Shown here: positions 1 to 13,852 of the stretch, in pieces
Position numbering within the stretch: the first letter of the stretch is position 1
Layout: each line of letters begins with the position of its first letter
DNA from: Squalus acanthias
Taxonomy: Eukaryota
Direction: 5' to 3'
Assembly: GCA_030390025.1 (NCBI GenBank)
Contig: CM059432.1
Span: 76,076,001 to 76,140,000, forward strand
DNA: 64,000 nucleotides
Made by a program: the position numbers and the translations under genes
The notes under the pieces: generated by a model
What the model was told of the DNA's origin: nothing
Database searches by the model: none
What the model saw: the letters and a program-made list of their open reading frames with translations, nothing else

Positions 1-627
1 TGCCTGCTCCTTACCCCCGCGGGAACAGAGCGAGATCAATTTCTGGGCCAATATTCCAGCCTAATAGGGGATGTTTTTGCCAGTTCAAGTGATTTGAATT
101 GATTGCTGGCTCTGGGGAGTTCCACAGCGCAACCTGTGGCGGAGCAGGAAATGACTGACCGCAACTTCTGGATTTCCAGGTTTATGTGCGCATGCTCTAA
201 ATCCTGAAGTTACCGTCAGTTTCAGAGGGGTAATGGTGGCTAACGCTGACAGTTTCGCTGTCATTACCACCGCAAAATCTTAGCCTTTAATCTCCCTAAA
301 TGTTTTGCCCATGAGCAGTTTAACTCCAGTTTTAAGTTATTTAAAGCTCCTGAAAGTTATCCTCAGCTGGAGCCTGCTGCACCCGAGGCAGGTGTCAAGA
401 ACTGGAAACATCTGAGAGTTTAGATGTCGAAACATCACACTTTCTGCTCGCTGCCCTGGTCCAAAGAACCCCTGAGCCACGGAAAGATCAGATTGCGTGA
501 CGTGCATCCCCCATCCCTCAACCCCCCTCACCCTTACCTTTACCCTCAACCCATTCTTTCTCTCCCTCCCCCATGTTATTGCTAGCTTCTTACCCTCCTC
601 TTAGCCTGTCCGTTTCTGTCGCCTCAC

Positions 628-843
628 CTTCAGCGCCAGCTCGATGTCGAAATCCCGGGCTCTCAGAAACTTGAGAAGGAACTCATTCTCCAAGCCCAAC
701 GGCCAGTGCAGGCTCTGCTTCAGCGCTCGGAGTCTGAGCTCAGAAATGGAGCGGAGCATGGAGTCGGGGTAAAGTTCGTCATCCGACAGATCCTCGCTGC
801 TGTGCCCTGGGTTCCTTTCCTTCGGATTACACTCTGTCGACAT
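628..843 (-). CDS. TTPA: Alpha-tocopherol transfer protein, first coding exon (72 codons); gene continues beyond the window start
   Basis: MSTECNP...FLLKFLRARDFDIELALK matches the CRAL-TRIO N-terminal motif (human FLLRFLRARDFDLDLAWR). Phase-0 donor AAG|GTGAGG at 628/627 is at the equivalent position. Divergent neighbour of YTHDF3, as in human. Confidence 0.85.
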
Positions 844-2046
844 GTTCTCCTATTTTAAATGACTGCGGTTGGCAGCAGGTGCTCTGAAGCCGCGCGATCC
901 ACTCGGCGTTATCTGGTTATGATACTTTCATCACCATAAGCACCGAAAGTTACGCCTGTATTTATCTTTTGGGCGGGACCAAGGCGGCATCCAATCCCAT
1001 ATTGTACTTTTGTTTCCCCTGTTTTGATATTTTACTATACGGTAAGTATAACTGGGGGAGGCTTATTACAAGATGTTGCATAGCGTGGAACCTGCAGCTC
1101 TATATTATCAACAATCATTGCTGCTTTTTCTACTATCTGTGGAATTGTCACACTCTTAAATACTGTCAATAGGAAAGGTAATATGCGTCATCACAGCATG
1201 ACATGCATTGGTCAATCAAATATGTAAATAGGAGAGTGTTGCTAATAGCAATAAACATTGGACCGTAATTTCCGATAGGAGGCTTCCTGCGTGCGGATGC
1301 CTCCTAGCGGAAAAAAATCTACGCCCTTACCTGAGGGCCCCTGAGGTCCGGACACTTCCGATGCTGGGCCTCTCCACAGTCGAATGCGCAGGGCCCACTT
1401 TACCTGACGAAGGAGCAGCGCTCCGAAAACTCGTGATTTCAAATAAAACTGTTGGACTATAACCTGGTGTTGTGCGACTTCTCATTTTGACAGATAGACC
1501 TGTCAAAAGTATGAATGGAGATCACCCCAAAAAGACACTAAAACATTAAATACATTTTTAAATGAGTTAAAATTACATTAAATTAAATATTTTAATCAAA
1601 AATTTAATTTTTTGAAAAAAATAATTAAAGTTTTTTACGGGGCTAAAAATAAACTTACCTTTTTTAAAGGTATTTTTAAATTATAAATGAGTGAAAAAAA
1701 TATATTTTTTAACTTTTTTAAACTCTTATGCTGGTAAAAGCAAGTCTTATGCCTGCTTTTACCAGGCGTAGATTTCTAAGGGTTTTCAGCGGGCGGAGGT
1801 TCTGCAGAAAGTGGAACTCTCCCCCCGCAGAGGCCCTTCTCTAGGGCAGGCGTGCAATCTATCAAGAGCATTCTTGACAGATCGGAAATGCCGGTGAAAC
1901 CGGCATTTCCGATGTCCCTACGGGTGTGTAGACAGCGCGTACACACCCGTAGGCATCGGAAAATACCGGCCATTGCTTCCCATTTTGTTTCCATGCCTGT
2001 AGTTGAGGAACAGAGGTTGTGTGACATGGATGGAGAGTCACCTTTA

Positions 2047-3225
2047 CATAAGAACATAAGAACATAAGAAATAGGAGCAGGAGTAGGCCAATCGGCCCCT
2101 CGAGCCTGCTCCGCCATTCAATAAGATCATGGCTGATCTGATCCTAACCGCCAATCTACTATCTATCACAGAACCATCTCCTGCATCTAACAGAATTGCA
2201 CACATGAAATAGGAGCAGAATCAGGCTACACGGTCCCTGGGCCCGCTCCACTACCCACAGGGCCATGACCGATCCGAACCTAGACTCATGTCCAAATTCC
2301 TGCCCGCTCCCCGTAACCCTTAATGCCCTTTACTTCTAGGAAACTGTCTATTTCTGTTTTAAATTTAATTAATGTTGTAGCTTCTACAGCTTTTTGTGGC
2401 AGCATATTCCATGGACCTACCACCCTCTGAGTGAAGTAGTTCCTCCTCATCTCAGTTTTGAAAGAGCAGCCCCTTATTCTAAGACTATGTCCCCTAGTTC
2501 TAGTCTCACCCGTCATCGGGAACATCCTCCCCGCATCCACCCGATCCAACCCCTTCACAATCTTATATGTTTCAATAAGATCGCCTCTCATTCTTCTGAA
2601 CTCCAATGAGTAGAGTCCCAATCTACCCAACCTCTCCTCATATGACCACCCCCTCATCCCCGGGATTAACCGAGTGAACCTTTTTTGCACTGCCTCGAGA
2701 GCAAGGATGTCTTTCCTTAAGTAAGGACACCAAAACTGTATGCAGTATTCCAGGTGCGGTCTCACCAATACCTTGTACAACTGAAGCAATACCTCCCTAT
2801 TTTTATATTCTATCCCCCTAGCAATGAAAGCCAACATTCCATTTGCCTTCTTAATCACTTGCTGCACCTGCATACTAACCTTTTGAGTTTCGTGCACCAG
2901 GACCCCCAGATCCCTTTGCACTTCAGTACTCTCCAGTTTCTTGCCATTAAGATAATAAATTGCTCTAGGATTTTTCCTGCCAAAGTGCATCACCTCACAC
3001 TTTCCAGTGTTGTATTCCATCTGCCAAATCTCTGCCCACTTACTTAGCCTGTCTATGTCCCCTTGCAGGTTTTTTATGTCCTCCTCACTCACTACTTTCC
3101 CTCCCATCTTAGTATCATCTGCAAATTTTGATATGTTACACTTGGTCCCTTCCTCCAAATCGTTAATATAGATTGTAAAGAGTTGGGGACCCAGCACTGA
3201 CCCCTGTGGAACACCACTAGTTACT
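2047..3225 (-). mobile_element. CR1 LINE 3' fragment (RT C-terminus plus 3' UTR and TTCTTATG-type tail)
   Basis: ORF 2286-3323 contains [24 protein letters not shown]; tail cataagaacataagaacataag at ~2047-2070. Confidence 0.9.
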
Positions 3226-3849
3226 TTAAAGAGGGAATGGCAGAAGTAGGCATGGGTGAGGAAACTGCCTTCTAGGACAACTCTCCATCTATCCCACTCA
3301 GTCGCCCAACCCAAATGACCCATGCAGAGCCAGAACGTGTGCAGGCCCAGGCAGCCATCACAGTAGCAGAAGTGGTGCCTACAGTTGCAGGGCCATATTA
3401 TGACCCGGCAGAAAGATGTAATGATCCCAGGAAACCATAAAGGTCATCAGCAGCCATTCACCTCACTTCCTTCTCTTACAAGGATAGCACTTAGAAGGAG
3501 CACTGGAATAGGCAATAGGATACATTCTCCATACAAGTTACAAAGACACCAATACCACAACAAACACTTTTCCAATAATCATTTTTTTGGATTCTGACTT
3601 TGGGCAGAGGTTTAATTTGTCCTGACCCACATTTCTGCATCAGGAGATAAGTAGATGTGCCTGTATGGTGGGTGAGGTGTAATACAGGGTCAGTTGGGGT
3701 TTGTACGGCAATTCATTGGGAACAAGATAGAAGAATGCTTGTGCTAGAGTGGGGGTTCCAAGTTTAAGTGAAATAGTTCTCCAATAAATTATGTCAGATT
3801 TGTCATCCACACTGCTGTCCAGTGGAGCTGGCAGCTCTTCTGACTCAAA

Positions 3850-4926
3850 GACAGATGTTACTCCTATTGTTAAAAAAGTTGGCAAAATAGACCCAGCAAA
3901 CTACAGATCAGTGAGTTTGTCATCCATTGTGGGTAAAGTTATGGAAACCCTTAATAAAGATAAGATCATAGAGCATCTGGATGGAAATAAAATCATAAAA
4001 GATAGCCAATATAGGTTCATGAAGGGGAGGTCTTGCCAATCTAACTTACTGGTTTTCTTTGAGGATGTGACAAAGGAGCTTGATAAGGGTATGACAGTGG
4101 ATGTGGCGAATTTGGATTTCAGTAAGGCCTTTGACACAGTTCCTCTAGAAAGGCTGGTACCGAAAATAAATAAAGCAGGAATCAGTAGAAATATTTTACA
4201 ATGGATATGTAACTGATTGACCAAATGAACTGAGAAGGTAATTGCACAGGGATTGTCATCAGCCTGGGAGAATGTTACCAGTGGGGTCCCACAGAGGTCT
4301 AATTTGTGACCTCTTTTGTTTAATATCTTCATAAATGATCTGGAGCGAGGAGTCACAAGCACAATGACTAAATTTACAAATGATACAAAGGTAATGAAGG
4401 TGGTAGACTCCAAAGCTGAACAGGATAAGCTAAAAGAGGATTTGAATATACTTGGGAATTGGGCAGACAGGTGGCAGATGAAATTCAATGTAGAGAAATG
4501 CAAAGTGCTTCACATGGGGACGAAAATCCAGGAAGGAACTATTACTTAAATGGAAAGAAAATACAGTAATGTGCATGGAAAATGAAAGTGATCTGGTGGT
4601 CCTGATTGACAATAAATTGAAGCTATTGCAACAATGATCGGTGGCAGTGAGTAAAGCAAATCAGATGTTGGGATGTATTAAAAGGTAAATATTGAGCCAA
4701 AATGATGAGGTAATGCTGCCACTTTATAAATCATTGGTGCGACCACACTTCGAATACTGTGTACAGTTCTGGTTGTCGTAGTGCAAAAAGAATATTGCAG
4801 CTATTGAAAGTTACAGAAGAGAGCAACCAGAATGATTGAGGGGATGGAGGGATTGGATTATGAGGAGTGATTATATAAATTGGGCATGTTCTCATTGAGA
4901 AGAGATGGTTGAGAGGTGATATGATT
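3850..4926 (+). mobile_element. Degenerate CR1 LINE RT fragment, cut at its 3' side by an LTR
   Basis: NYRSVSLSSIVGKVME, LDFSKAFD, WQMKFNVEKCKVLH with stops and frameshifts. Confidence 0.85.
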
Positions 4927-6322
4927 TGTAAGAATGGAAAGAGTTAATACCTATAAGCTTTTGCAAAACTAAGCTAGTTTGCTAAACGAGCAGTTTTTGC
5001 AAGAGTACGTGTTAAACCGGCAGCTGCATACTGTTATCGATTAAAGCCATTGCAAAGCCTATGTCACAGACAGGTCAAGAGGAACAAAAGGGAAGTACCA
5101 GAGCATGGTTATCGAAAAGGTTGGATCAAATGAGGAAGTTTTTTTTAATATTCATTCATGGGATGTGGGTGTTGCTGGCAAGGCCAGCATTTATTGCCCA
5201 TCTCTAGTTTCCCTTGAGAATGTGATGGTGAGTCACCTTCTTGAACCGCTGCAGTTCGTGAGGTGAAGGTAATCCCACAGTGCTGTTAGGGAGGGAGTTC
5301 CAGGATTTTGACCCAGCGACGATGAAGGATCGGCGATATATTTCTAAGTCAGGATGGTGTGTGACTTGGAGGGGAACTTGGAGGTGGTGGTGTTCCCATG
5401 CACCTGCTGCCCTTGTCCTTCTAGGTGGAAGAGATTGCGGGTTTGGGAGGTGCTGCCGAAGATGCCTTGGTGAGTTGCTGCAGTGCATCTTGTAGATGGT
5501 ACACACTGCAGCCATGGTACGCCGGTGGTGGAGGGAGTGAATGTTTAAGGTGGTGGATGGGGTGCCAATCAAGTGGGCTGCTTTGTTCTGGATGGTGTCG
5601 AGCTTCTTGAGTGTTGTTGGAGCTGCACTCATCCAGGCAAGTGGAGAGTATTTCATCACACTCCTTACTTGTGCCTTGTAGATGGTGGAAAGGCTTTGGG
5701 GAGTCAGGAGGTGAGACACTCGCTGCAGAATACCTAGCCTCTGACCTGCTCTTGTTGCCACAGTATTTATGTGGCTGGTCCAGTTAAGTTTCTGGTCAAT
5801 GGTGACCCCCAGGATGTTGATGATGGGGGGATTCAGTGATGGTAATGCCGTTGAATGTCAAGCGGCGGTGGTTAGAATTTCACTTGTTGGAGATAGTCAT
5901 TGCCTGGCACTTAAAGAGATGTCTATGTGCGCTGATCTCAAGAGGTGCAGAATTGCTTGTTAAGCAAAAAAGCAATAGTTTAAACATTATGTGGACAACC
6001 ACAATTGGACCTTTTAAGTCAGCTGATCAGAACTTTGAGGGATAAAAGAGGGATTGCGAACATTCAGTGCAGAGATAGAAGATCTACGAAGGATGTCAAA
6101 CTTCTGCAGGTGGATGTAATGCTGGCTGGAGCCTAACACCTACCTAGCTAATGAACAAGGTGACGCACGCTACTCTGTCCAGTGACTGAATGGATAATAA
6201 CCATTCAGAACTGTAAATTATTGCCATCATACACGGAAAGGTATGGATCTCTGCTGTGTATACTAATAAAAGATTTACTGTAACCAATTGGTATCAAGTC
6301 CAAATCCTTAATAATTCTTACA
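4927..6322 (+). mobile_element. LTR of an older LTR retroelement, interrupted by a LINE fragment at ~5138-5910
   Basis: 9-bp terminal inverted repeats TGTAAGAAT...ATTCTTACA; AATAAA near 6266; PBS follows 2 nt after the end. Confidence 0.75.
5138..5910 (-). mobile_element. 3' fragment of the second LINE family (CR1-group, tRNA-headed family)
   Basis: ORF 5204-5761 is near-identical to the 3' parts of the 13075-13737 and 49944-50411 copies; poly-T at ~5138. Confidence 0.9.
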
Positions 6323-6324
6323 AC

Positions 6325-6346
6325 TGGCGACCCAGATGGGACTCGA
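6325..6346 (+). other. Primer binding site complementary to tRNA-Arg (CCG-type 3' end)
   Basis: TGGCGACCCAGATGGGACTCGA is the reverse complement of ...TCGAGTCCCATCTGGGTCG-CCA, the vertebrate tRNA-Arg(CCG) 3' end as I recall it. Confidence 0.75.
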
Positions 6347-6635
6347 TAAATGGTGATCGTTTGTTGTATTACACAGTGGAGTCCTAGTTTAAGTTAGAGG
6401 GAAGACTACTGAACTGGGAGGGACAACCTAATGGGAGCGCAAGAGATTTACTCACTTGCCAGTAATAAAAGGTGCATCAAAATGTCTAAAAAGGGAAACG
6501 TAAAAGAAGTATTACAGGATAAGTTAAGTGAGTTAACTACTAAGGACACTCAAACGTTGGTGTCGGAGTTTCTGACTAATGAGACATCGTCTTATGAAGA
6601 GGCGGTGAACCATGAGATGTCATCTTATGAAGAAG

Positions 6636-8410
6636 TATGTAAAAAGAAAAAGATTAGTGAAGACAAATATAGGTCCCTTATAGTCAGAAACGGGAGAATT
6701 TGTAATGAGGAACAAGGAAATGGCAGAGCAATGAAACAAATACTTTGGTTCTGTCTTCACGGAAGAGGACACAAATAACTTCCCAGAAAATTAGTATTAG
6801 GAAAAAAATAGTGCTGGAGAAAGTAATGGGACTGAAAGCTAATAAATCCCCAGGGCCTGATAATCTGCATCCCAGAGTATTAAAAGAGGTAGCCATGGAA
6901 ATAGTAGATGCATCGGTTGTCATCTTCCAAAATTCTATAGATTATGGAACAGTTCCTGCAGATTGGAGGGTGGCAAATGTAACCCCACTATTTCAAAAAG
7001 GAGGGAGAGAGAAAACAGGGAACTACAGGCCGGTTAGCCTAACATCAGTAGTAGGGAAGATGCTAGAGTCTATTATAAAGGATGTGATAACAGGACACTT
7101 AGAAAATATCAACGATATTAGACAAAATTAACATGGATTTATGAAAAGGAAATCGTGTTTGACAAACCTGCTGGAGTTTTTTGAGGATGTAACTGGTAGA
7201 ATAGATAAGGGAGAACCAGTGGATGTGGTGTATTTGGATTTTCAGAAGGCCTTTGATAAAGTCCCACATAAGAGGTTAGTGTGCAAAATTAAAGCACATG
7301 GGATTGGGGGTAATATACTGGCATGGATTGAAAATTGGTTAACAGACAGGAAACAGAGAGTAGGAATAAATGGGTCTTTTTCAGAGTGGCAGGTGGTGAC
7401 TAGTGGGGTACCACAGGGATCTGTGCTTGCGCCCCAGCTATTCACAATATATATCAATGATTTGGATGAGGGAACCAAATGTAATATTTCCAAGTTTGCT
7501 GACGACACGAAACTAGATGGGATTGTGAGTTGTGAGGAGGATGCAAAGAGGCTTCAAGGCGATTTAGACAAGTTGAGTGAGTGGGCAAATACATGGCAGA
7601 TGCAGTATAACGTGGATAAATGTGAAGTTATCCACTTCGGTAGGAAAAACAGAAAGGTAGAGTATTATTTAAATGGTGATAGATTGGGAAATGCTGATGT
7701 ACAAAGGGACCTGGGTGTCCTTGTACACCAGTCACTGAAAGCAAACATGCAGGTGCAGCAAGCAGTTAGGAAGGCAAATGGTATGTTGGCCTTCATTGCA
7801 AGAGGATTTGAGTATAGGAGCAAGGATGTCTTACTACAGTTGTACAGGGCCTTGGTGAGACCACACCTGGAGTACTGTGTGCAGTTTTGGTCTCCTTACC
7901 TAAGAAAGGATATTCTTGCCACAGAGGGAGTGCAGCGAAGGTTCACCAGACTGATTCCTGGGATGGCAGGACTGTCGTATGAGGAGAGATTGGGTTGACT
8001 AGGCCTGTATTCACTAGAGTTTAGAAGAATGAGAGGAGATCTCATTGAAACGTATACATTTCTGACAGGGCTAGACAGACTGGATGCAGGGAGGATGTTT
8101 CCCCTGGCTGGGGGGTCTAGAATGAGGGGTCACAGGATAGGACATTTAGGACTGAGATGAGGAGAAATTTCTTCACTCAGAGGGTGGTGAACCTGTGGAA
8201 TTCTCTACCACAGAAGGCTGTGGAGGCCAAGTCACTGAATATATTTAAGAAGGAGATAGATAGATTTCTAGATACAAAAGGCATCAAGAGGTATGGGGAG
8301 AGAGCGGGAATATGGTATTGAGATAGAGGATCAGCCATGATCATATTGAATGGCTGAGCAGGCTCAAAGGGCCGAATGGCCTACTCCTGCTCCTATTTTT
8401 CTATGTTTCT
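6636..8410 (+). mobile_element. 5'-truncated CR1 LINE inserted in the internal region of the older LTR element
   Basis: ORFs 6745-7131 and 7141-7998 are RT (YLDFQKAFD, GVPQGS, FADD); tail tttctatgtttct; flanked by AAGAAG on both sides (6630-6635, 8411-8416). Confidence 0.9.
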
Positions 8411-10527
8411 AAGAAGCAGTTAATTATATTCAGGGACAAGAAGATAAAAGACTGTAGACAGAAAATGTTCCGGTTTCAAAAGAAACAAATACAGAAACAG
8501 AAACAAAAATACCAGAGAAAAGTGTTAAGAATTGTACAGGAGGTAAGTGGCTTAGGCGAGGATACGGACTGTGAGCTTGAGACTTTGAATCAGTACAGAA
8601 TGGGATTCAATAGAAATCCTCTGAAATTGAAAATTGGTTTAAGGTAAAAAGGATAAAAATGGAATAAAGAAGAAAATAGGAGCTCAAGTCTCTTTTCTAC
8701 CGATCCACAGTTTTTTGTTTTCAGTGTGAATGTTAATGTCTTTTTTAAAAAAAGCATGTTACTGTGGCTGTGGCGCCTCTTTCTTTTTCAGGCTGGAATG
8801 TTGAGTTTAAGATATTGGTCTGAATTAAATTGGCGTTATTGAGGTTAACTTACCTATTCAATTGTGAAAAACCAGACTTTTATGGTGGCTACGGTGAAAT
8901 TCTTGTTGTTGTAAATTGTGTGAAAGTCTCTGGTTCCAGACATGAGTCATTCACATCAATAGTTAGCATTTTTAAAATTTCTGACCAATTTCAGTATTCA
9001 ATCCTTTGAGGTGATTTTTTTATTCATTTTAGTGACACTGGAATGTGTGACCAGAAGCGAGAAAGGGGGGAATGATATTACTGTGTGTATGATATCGGGC
9101 AAAAGTTTTAAAATTCATTTGAAAGCTGCAAGAAGTTGTGTAACACAAGCTGACATTGATTACTGACTGTAAACATTTTGGATATTTAAAAATGTTAAGC
9201 TTTTTTTAATTTGAGTGGATGTTTCCCCACACTGACGGAAGAAAATCTGAAATTGACAAATAATGAATTAACACATTGGGCTCGCAGGAACGCCACAATG
9301 AATTTTCTGTTTTTTCTTTTAAGCAGAGGGCCGTATAAAATGACTTCAAGGTGTTACAGAGCTTGCACTTTGCTGGAAAAGTGCAGTGGGAGCTCCAGCA
9401 ATGTTCAGAGTTTAAGTTCTTATCTGCAAACATCAATGGATTTTGAATTTTGTAGCGTGGTGACAAAAAAAATTAACTTAAAACTGTGCCTTTCCAATTG
9501 TAATCTTCCAAAACACATTGCTTGATGGGGGAAGATAAACAATGTGCATCCAAACACAATTGTTACTTTTGTTTTCTTTTGTAAAATCACGAGCCTGGAC
9601 ATAATTTTCTTTGTGAAATTAAAATTGATTAGATAAATTGATATGAGTTGCTGTTCAAGCACTCGGGAAGGGAAGTTTACCTGAAATTTAAGGGGATAAT
9701 CAAATTTTATTTTTGGAAAGGCTCAGTCTACGTGGCTCCATCCAATCTGTGTGTTAAAGAAAGTTTTTTGGGGGAGACTGTTGTGTTAAAGGTAACTAAC
9801 ATCCCTCATCTGAAGACTGAATTGCTCTCTGGCATATTTTGGGGAATAAAAAGTCCAATAAGAATTTAATTAGAATGAACAAAAGTGTGTTGATAACTTG
9901 GATTGACTTGGGAACTTTTGTTAAATGGTAATGATCATATTGTATTAGACATTGAAGTTTCTCCAGGGCTCCTGAATGAGATGAAATGGTAATATAATGG
10001 GAATTTTTCTAAAATCATTTTCCTAGGTGATTATGGGTGAATTGCAGGAACCCAAACAGGGGTTAGAAAAAGATGTGTGAGTGCAACCCTGAGTAACATG
10101 ATTCATGAAAAAAAATTCAATTTGTTCTAGCATAAAACAAAAAGCTTTATTCATCACACAGAAACCTCACCGGATGAATGAGATTATTTTCCTCTGTATA
10201 TCCATAAAATCAATTCAAACAGCTCTGCAGCCAGTTCCTATTAAGCGAATCGTCTGTTTTCTCTTACTTATGCATTGAAAGTGCGTTTTAACGTGACAAT
10301 TCTACGGGTGTAATGTGTTCATCAATATGTTTGATTATACATTGTCATTAGCGATCATTTGATTTCCACAAGTTCAGTAAAGATAGTTATGGTACACATT
10401 TTATAACACAGAATGTCAGAATTGTTATATCATTTATTCGGGATGTACCCTATCATACTGCAGCAAAAGACAAGGGCCAAACATATTCCAAGTTTAATTA
10501 TCAGGTTTCTCTTTACAAAGATATATT

Positions 10528-13500
10528 TGCATAGTGCTTATGTTACTGGACTAGTAATCCAGCGGCCTGGACTAAGAGCTGCGAGTTCAAATCCCACCAC
10601 GGCAGCTGGGGAATTTAAATTCAGTTAATTAAATAAATCTGGAATAAAAAGCTAGTATCAGTAATGGTGACCATGAAACTATCGGATTGTCGTAAAAACC
10701 CATCTGGTTCACTAATGTCCTTCAGGGAAAGAAATCTGCCGTCCTTACCTGGTCTGGCCTATATGTGACTCCAGACCCACAGCAATGTGGTTGACTCTTA
10801 ACTGCCCTCTGAAATGGCCTAGCAAGCCACTCAGTTGTAACAAACCGCTATAAGAAACAATAATAAGAATAAAACCGGATGGACCACCTCGGCCTCGGCA
10901 CCGGCTTCGGACACAACAACCGCACACCCAACCAAGTCGACCCTGCAAAGTCCTCCTCACTAACATCTGGGAACTTGTGCCTAAATTGGGAGAGCTGTCG
11001 CATAGACTAGTCAAGCAATAGCCTGACATAGACATACTCACAGAATCATACCTTTTAGCCAATGTCCCAGATTCCTCCATCACCATCCCTGGGTATGTCC
11101 TGTCCCACCAGCAGGACAGACCCACCAGGGGTGGCGGCACAGTAGTATACAGTCGGGAGGGAGTGGCCCTGGGAGTCCTCAAAATTGACTCCGGACCCCA
11201 TGAAGTCTCATGGCTTCAGGTCATGCATGGGCTAGAAAACCTGCTGATTACCACATACCGCCCTCCCACAGCTGATGAATCAGTACTCCTCATGTTGAAC
11301 ACCAATTGGAAGAAGCACTGAGGGTAGCAAGGGCAGAGAATGTACTCTGGGTGAGGGACTTCAATGTCTATCAACAAGGGTGGCTTGGTAGCACCACTAC
11401 TGACCAAGCTGGCCGAGTTCTGAAGGGCATAGCTGACAGACTAGGACTGCAGCAGGTGGTGAGAGAACCAACATGAGGGAAAAACCTACTTGACCTCAGC
11501 CTCACCAATCTACCTGTCACAGATGCATGTGTCCATAATAGCAGTGGTAGCAGTGACCACTGCGCAGTCATTGTGGAAATGAAATCTTCACACTGAGGAC
11601 ACCCTCTGTCTTGTTGTGTGGTGTGGCACAACCACCGTGCTAAACGGGATAGATACAGAACAGATCTAGCAGCTCAAAACTGGCCATCCACGAGTCACTG
11701 TGGGCCATCAGCAGCAGCAGAATTGTATTCCACCACAATCTGTAAACTCATGGCCCGGCAAATCCCTCACTCTACCATTACCATCAAGCCAGGGGACCAA
11801 CCCTGGTTCAATGAGGAGTGCAGAAGAGCATTACAGAAGCAGCACATGGCATACATAAAAATGAAGTGCCAACCTGAGGAAGCTGCAACACAGGACTACA
11901 TGCATGCTAAACAGCGGAAGCAGCATGCTATAGATGGAGCTAAGCGATCCCACAATCAACGGATCAGATCAAAGCTCTGCAGTCCTGCCACATCCAGTCG
12001 TCAATGGTGGTGGACAATTAAACAACTAACGGGAGAAGGAGACTCCAGAAATATCCCCATCCTCAATGATGACGGAGCCCAGCACGCAAGTGCAAAAGAC
12101 AAGGCTGAAGCGTTTGCAACCATCTTCAGCCAGGAGTGCCGAGTGGATGATCCATATCTGCCTAGTCCTGAGGTCCCCACCATCACAGAAGCCAGTCTTC
12201 AGCCAATTCAATTCACTCCACGTGATATCAAGAAACGGCAGAGCGCACTGGATACAGCAAAGGCTATGGGCCCTGACAACATCCCGGCTATCGTGCTGAA
12301 GACTTGTGCTCCAGAACTAGCCGCGTCTCTAGCCAAGCTGTTCCAGTACAGCTACAACACTGGCATCTACCCGACAATATGGAAAACTGCCCAGATATGT
12401 CCTGTCCACAAATCCAACCCGGCCAATTACCACCTCATAAGACAACTCTCAATCATCAACAAAGTGATGGAAGGTATCATCGACAGTGCTATCAAGTGGC
12501 ACTTACTCACCAATAACCTGCTCACCGATGCTCAGTTTGGGTTCCGCCAGGACCACTCGGCTCCAGACCTCATTACAACCTTGGTCCAAAACATGGATAA
12601 AAGTGCTGAATTCCAGAGGTGAGGTGAGAGTGACTGCCCTTGACATCAAGGCAGCATTTGACCGAGTGTGGCATCAAGGAGCCCTAGTAAAACTGAAGTC
12701 AAGGGAATCGGGGAAAACTCTCCACTGGCTGGAGTCATACCTAGCACAAAGGAAGATGGTTGTAGTTGTTGGAGGTCAATCATCTCAGCTCCAGAACATC
12801 GCTGCAGGAGCTCCTCTGGGCAGTGTCCCGGGTCCAACCATCTTCAGCTGCTTCATCAATTACCTTCCCTCCATCATAAGGTCAGAAGTGGGGATGTTTG
12901 CTGATGATTGCACAGTGTTCAGTTCATTCTCAACTCCTCAGATAATGAAGCAATCCATGCCCAAATACAGCAAGGCCTGGATGACATTCAGGCTTGGTCT
13001 GATAAGTGGCAAGTAACATTCGCGCCACACAAGTGCTAGGCAATAACTATCTCCAACAAGCAAGAAGCTAACCAATGCCCATGATATTTAACGGCATTAC
13101 CATTGCCAAAACCCCCACCATCAACATCCTGAGGGTTATCATTGACCAGAAACTTAACTGGACCAGCCACATAAATACTTTGGCTACAAGAGCAGGTCAG
13201 AGGCTGGGTATTCTGCAGCGAGTGTCTCACCTCCTGACTCCCCAAAGCCTTTCCACCATCTACAAGGCACAAGTAAGGAGTGTGATGGAATACTCTCCAC
13301 TTGCCTGGATGAGTGCAGCTCCAACAACACTCAAGAAGCTCGACACCATCCAGGACAAAGCAGCCCGCTTGATTGGCACCCCATCCACCACCTTAAACAT
13401 TCACTCCCTCCACCACCGGCATACCATGGCTGCAGTGTATACCATCTACAAGATGCACTGCAGCAACTCGCCAAGGCTTCTTCGGCTGCATCTCCCAAAG

Positions 13501-13800
13501 CCGCGACCTCTTCCACCTAGAAGGACAAGGGTAGCAGGCGCATGGGAACACCATCACCTGCAAGTTCCCCTCCAAGTCACACACCATCCTGGCTTGGAAA
13601 TATATCGCTGTTCCTTCATTGTCGCTGGGTCAAAATCCTGGAACTCCCTCCCTAACAGCACTGTGGGATTACCTTCACCTCACGGACGGCAGCGGTTCAA
13701 GAAGGTGAGTCACCACCACCTTCTCAAAGGCAATTAGGGATGGGGAATAAATCCTGGCCTTGCCAGTGACGCCCACATCCCAGGAATGAATAAAAAAAAT
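10528..13800 (+). mobile_element. Near full-length ~3.3 kb LINE (CR1 group) with tRNA-like 5' head and a single degenerate APE-endonuclease/RT ORF
   Basis: B box GAGTTCAAATCC 10583-10594; EN motifs (ILTESYL, RGGG.VVY, TYRPP); RT motifs (QFGFR, ALDIKAAFDRVWH, MFADD); AATAAA plus A-rich tail at ~13747-13800. Confidence 0.85.
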
Positions 13801-13852
13801 ATATTTCTGGGGCAAATATCAGTAAAATATAAGTAAACGGCCAAAATATATT

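Noticed and set aside
601..627. C-terminal VRRQKRTG of the 80-aa ORF
   Set aside because: Read-through into TTPA intron 1 past the GT donor
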